From an uncultured Gemmatimonadales bacterium (GTDB lineage Bacteria; Gemmatimonadota; Gemmatimonadetes; Gemmatimonadales; Gemmatimonadaceae): a stretch of 64,000 bases of DNA. The DNA lies in contig CAWKNZ010000010.1 in NCBI GenBank assembly GCA_963851265.1, positions 1-64,000 on the forward strand, written 5' to 3'. Position numbers and translations under genes: made by a program. The notes beneath the pieces are model-generated. The model had not been told where the DNA came from. It did not search any database and saw only the letters and a program-made list of their open reading frames with translations. Of the stretch, positions 60,585 to 64,000 are shown piece after piece (position 1 is the stretch's first letter; every line of letters starts with the position of its first letter).

Positions 60585-61367
60585 GTGGAGCTGACAGGCA
60601 GGGTCGCACTCGTCACGGGCGCCGGCTCGGGGATCGGCGCGGCGACGGCGCGGCGGTTCGCCCGCGCCGGCGCCCGCGTCGCCCTGGTCGGGCGCACCGC
60701 GGACGAACTCGACGAGGTCGCGCGCACGATCCGTTCGACCGGGCAGGAGGTCCGCGTCGCCCTGGCCGACGTCGCCGACGACGAGGCGGTCCGGCACGCC
60801 GTCGACACGACGGCCGCGGAGTGGGGTCGGCTGGACGTGGTGGTCGCCAACGCCGGCGTGAACGGCGTGTGGGCGCCAATCGAGGAGTTGGACGTCGAGG
60901 AGTTCGCGTCGACGCTGCGGACGAACCTCGTCGGCACGTTCGCGACCATCAAGCGCGCGGTCCCGCATCTCCGGGCGCGTGGCGGGTCGGTGATCGTCAC
61001 CGCGTCGGTGAACGGCACGCGCATCTTCAGCAACACCGGCGCGACCGCGTACTCGGCGTCCAAGGCTGGCCAGGTGGCGCTCACCAAGATGCTCGCCGTC
61101 GAACTCGCCAAACACGGCATTCGTGTGAACGTGGTGTGTCCGGGCGCGATCGACACGGCGATCAACGACAACACCGAGAAACGTGACCTCGAGTCGGCCA
61201 GGATCCCGGTCGAGTACCCGGAAGGTCAGATCCCGCTCACGCATGGCCGCCCCGGCACATCCGACGAGGTCGCCGAACTGATGCTGTTCCTCGCGTCCGA
61301 CGCCTCGCGACACGTTACGGGCACCGAAGTGTGGATTGACGGCGCGGAGTCTCTCCTCATGGGGTGA
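60585..61367 (+). CDS. short-chain dehydrogenase/reductase
   Basis: TGAGSGIG, VANAG, YSASK, WIDG; GGAGG RBS. Confidence 0.93.
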   Translation: MELTGRVALVTGAGSGIGAATARRFARAGARVALVGRTADELDEVARTIRSTGQEVRVALADVADDEAVRHAVDTTAAEWGRLDVVVANAGVNGVWAPIEELDVEEFASTLRTNLVGTFATIKRAVPHLRARGGSVIVTASVNGTRIFSNTGATAYSASKAGQVALTKMLAVELAKHGIRVNVVCPGAIDTAINDNTEKRDLESARIPVEYPEGQIPLTHGRPGTSDEVAELMLFLASDASRHVTGTEVWIDGAESLLMG

Positions 61368-61478
61368 TGCGCGGTACTTTACGCGCGGCCCTTTCGGCGG
61401 CGTGCGCGCGTTCGTGCACGCGTCCTGCATGTGCCAACGGTGCTCCCCCTCCCTCCCTCTCATTTCGAAGCGTTTACG

Positions 61479-61853
61479 ATGCGGACGACCGGCACAGTCA
61501 AGTGGTTCAACAACGACAAGGGCTTCGGGTTCATCGCGCCCGAAGACGGCGGAAAGGACCTGTTCGTCCACCACTCCGCGATTCAGGGGTCCGGCTTCAA
61601 GTCGCTCGACGAGGGAGAACGCGTCGAATTCGACATCGTCGAGGGCCAGAAGGGTCCCGCTGCTGAGAACGTGACGCGCCTCGGCGGCGGCAACCCGAGC
61701 AGTGGCGGCGGCGGCGGTGGTAGCCGCGGCGGCTACGGCGGCGGGGGCGGCGGCGGTAGCCGCGGCGGCTACGGCGGCGGGGGAGGTGGTGGCGGTGGCG
61801 GCGGACGTGGCGGGTACGGCGGCGAGGGTGGTGGTCGCCGGCGCGACTACTAA
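61479..61853 (+). CDS. cold-shock domain protein with Gly-rich RGG tail
   Basis: [32 protein letters not shown], then [10 protein letters not shown] repeats. Confidence 0.95.
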   Translation: MRTTGTVKWFNNDKGFGFIAPEDGGKDLFVHHSAIQGSGFKSLDEGERVEFDIVEGQKGPAAENVTRLGGGNPSSGGGGGGSRGGYGGGGGGGSRGGYGGGGGGGGGGGRGGYGGEGGGRRRDY

Positions 61854-61929
61854 GTACCCGTAGTCCAGTCCAGCTCCACAGCAGGCGAGCGTGCGCGGAT
61901 GTCCTCCGCGCACGCTTGGCGCGCCCGCG

Positions 61930-63110
61930 TCACCGGATGAACGTCGCCCGAGCGCAGCTTTAGGTCTTGTGCTTGAACAGGTCGTAGCCGCGCACCGCGT
62001 CCTCGAGCGGCAAGGGATGAGTTACGAGGTACGACGGGTCGAGTTCGCCGCGCGATGTGATCGAGCAGCGGCGGCACGTCCGTCTGCCCGTGCTCCTGGG
62101 CGGAGCGCATCGTGAGCCCCTTGTTCACGATCAACCCGACCGTGAACGCGGCCATCAAGCCGTAGACGCCGAGCACCGACACGGTGCCGCCCCTTGGGGC
62201 AGGCGAGGATCGCCTGGCGGAGCGCCGCGCCGCGGTTCGTCTCCCGCGTAGCGCCTGCCTGACGCGGTCGTACGCGTACTCGGCGGGCGTATCGCGCGCC
62301 TCCATCCCGACCGCGTCGATACACGCGTCGGGCCCGCGGCCCCCGGGCATGTCGCGCAGCGCGTCGACCACGTCCACCGCGGTGTAGTCGAGCGTCGCGG
62401 CGCGCGCGGTCGCGTGCGAGACGGAGCCGCTCCGGGAAGCCGTCGATCGCCACGACGCGTTCGGCGCCTAACAGATACGCGCTCTGCATCGCCATCAGGC
62501 CCACGCCGCCCGCACCCCACACCGCGACCATGTCGTCCGGGCGGAGCTGGCAGAAGTCTGCGCCCGCGAACCCCGTCGGCGCCGCGTCCGAGACGAACAG
62601 CACATGGTCGTCGCGCACCCCGTCGGGCACGGGGCAGCGGTCGACCTCGGTGTGCGGCACCCGCACGTACTGGGCTTGCGCGCCCGCGTCCCCGCCGGAC
62701 GCGTGCGTGGATCCGTAGATCCGCGCTGTCGCGTCGCCGAGTAGCGGCTCCTGCTTCGCCGCGTTGGGGTTGGTGTTGTCGCAGCAGGACCAGAGGTCGT
62801 GCTGGCATTACCAGCAGTTACCGCGGCGAATGAAGGACGCGACCACCACGCGGCCGGCGGGGACGCGGGCGCGGACGCCCAGAACGTGCGGACGTCCAGC
62901 CCGCCCTCCTCGACCACGCCCGTGATCTCGTCGCCGATGTTGTCGCCCGCGCGCATCGTCGGGAGATCGCCGCCGATGAAATGCAGGTCCGATCCGCACG
63001 TCGTCGACGCCGTGAAGCCGATGATGATGTCCCGAGGGTCGATGATCTCCGGGTCGGGGACCAGGTCGGCCCACAGATCGTTCACTCCGTGCCAGCACCG
63101 TGCGCGCGCG
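61930..63110 (-). pseudogene. degraded Zn-dependent alcohol/formaldehyde dehydrogenase
   Basis: Fragments in several frames: 'CWHGVNDL..VPDP', 'CGSDLH', 'SDAAPTGF', 'VWGAGGVG', 'GRGPDACIDAVGME', 'GYDLFKHKT*'; frameshifts and stops. Confidence 0.88.
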
Positions 63111-63332
63111 ACGCAGTCACCTCTGAATGGGCGCTGGACGGACAGCCGCCGCTCGATTGCTCGGGGCGCAACGAGCGCGCCACGTCGGTGCACCACCGCG
63201 TGTCGGTGAACGGAGATCGCTCGCCCGCTCGGGTCGAGCACACCGGCGGCACGGACGGCGGGCGGCACCGCCGGGGTGACCGGCCCGGATACCGTCGAGC
63301 AATCGGACGCATCCGCATCTGCTGCATATGAT

Positions 63333-63479
63333 ATGCAGCTGGTTCACCTGCGTCGTTACCTGACCGCGGCGGGCGACGCGTTGGGCTACCGGGGAGGGGC
63401 GTCCATCATCCGCGCAAGTCTGTGCGGCGTTTTTCACGCGTCAGTTTCATCGTCGTGGCGGTCCGTGACGCCGCTGTAA
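63333..63479 (+). pseudogene. possible LysR N-terminal HTH remnant
   Basis: 'MQLVHLRRYLTAAGDALGYRGGA' loosely resembles LysR starts (MELRHLRYF.AVAE.L.F..AA); divergent from the dehydrogenase pseudogene. Confidence 0.3.
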
Positions 63480-64000
63480 CCGAAAACGGCTACAATCTGG
63501 ATTGCGTGACTCCTCCGTCATGCATAGCATGTGCTTCGAGTTACCTGCCGTCTGATCAGTTCGCTTGCCCCGTGAGCGACTGATGTTTATAGCGACCGTG
63601 GCCTCTTCCCCGTCCACGGTCGCGGCTAGTGCCCTCACGTACCATCGTCGACCGGACGGCCCCCACCGTCCGGCCAGTTAGGCGCGGCCGCATGCGGCGG
63701 CCGCGCCCTGGTACGCCGTCATTCCTCGAGGGGCATGGTATGCCGTCCAGCTGGTGCCGCACCGCAACACGCATCGTCCGCGCGAGCGCCCGGACGGCAC
63801 GCCGATGACGGCTCTGCAAAGCCCGGAGCCCGAGCGCGCCCCGGCGCTGGCGCCCGTGGGCGCCGACGCGTGGTCCGGCGACACGCAGTTCGACCGGCGG
63901 CACGCGCGCGACGACGCGCAGCGCCGTAACCGCGCCCGCGGCGCGGTCGCGGGCCGACGCGCCGGTGACGGCGCGGGTGCGGCGCAGTGGGTGGCCCCCT

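Overview
High-GC (about 75% by eye) bacterial DNA. The gene content (ADOP-type duplicated ABC permeases, a PEP-CTERM protein, a carboxypeptidase-regulatory/plug protein, a HEAT-repeat protein) suggests a Gemmatimonadota-like soil bacterium; this is inference, not a database result. About 47 credible CDSs. Main blocks: an ABC permease/ATPase plus sigma-54 two-component module (1-7.4 kb); oxidoreductases, hydrolases, an MFS exporter and an S9 peptidase; a His-rich PadR; gltB; a solitary tyrosine recombinase; an IS5-scarred accessory region (29.3-31.4 kb); trpF; a Tat-signal intradiol dioxygenase; a kinase-less regulator/GAF/HEAT cluster; eutBC; an acylase, a sedolisin and treZ; a ROK-linked uxaC-uxaA-uxaB-eda-kdgK-exuT hexuronate operon; a Gly-rich cold-shock protein; and a decayed dehydrogenase. 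No rRNA, tRNA or CRISPR array was seen. Most notable observations: (1) a dispersed non-palindromic heptamer, GTTAGGC, with at least 28 copies, split evenly between strands and forcing rare codons in several frames; (2) a 1.1-kb IS5-derived cassette with degenerate terminal repeats and a TGA target duplication that carries an intact PEP-CTERM gene in place of its transposase; (3) an Asp-to-Ala pseudo-receiver regulator heading a small-protein/GAF/HEAT cluster.
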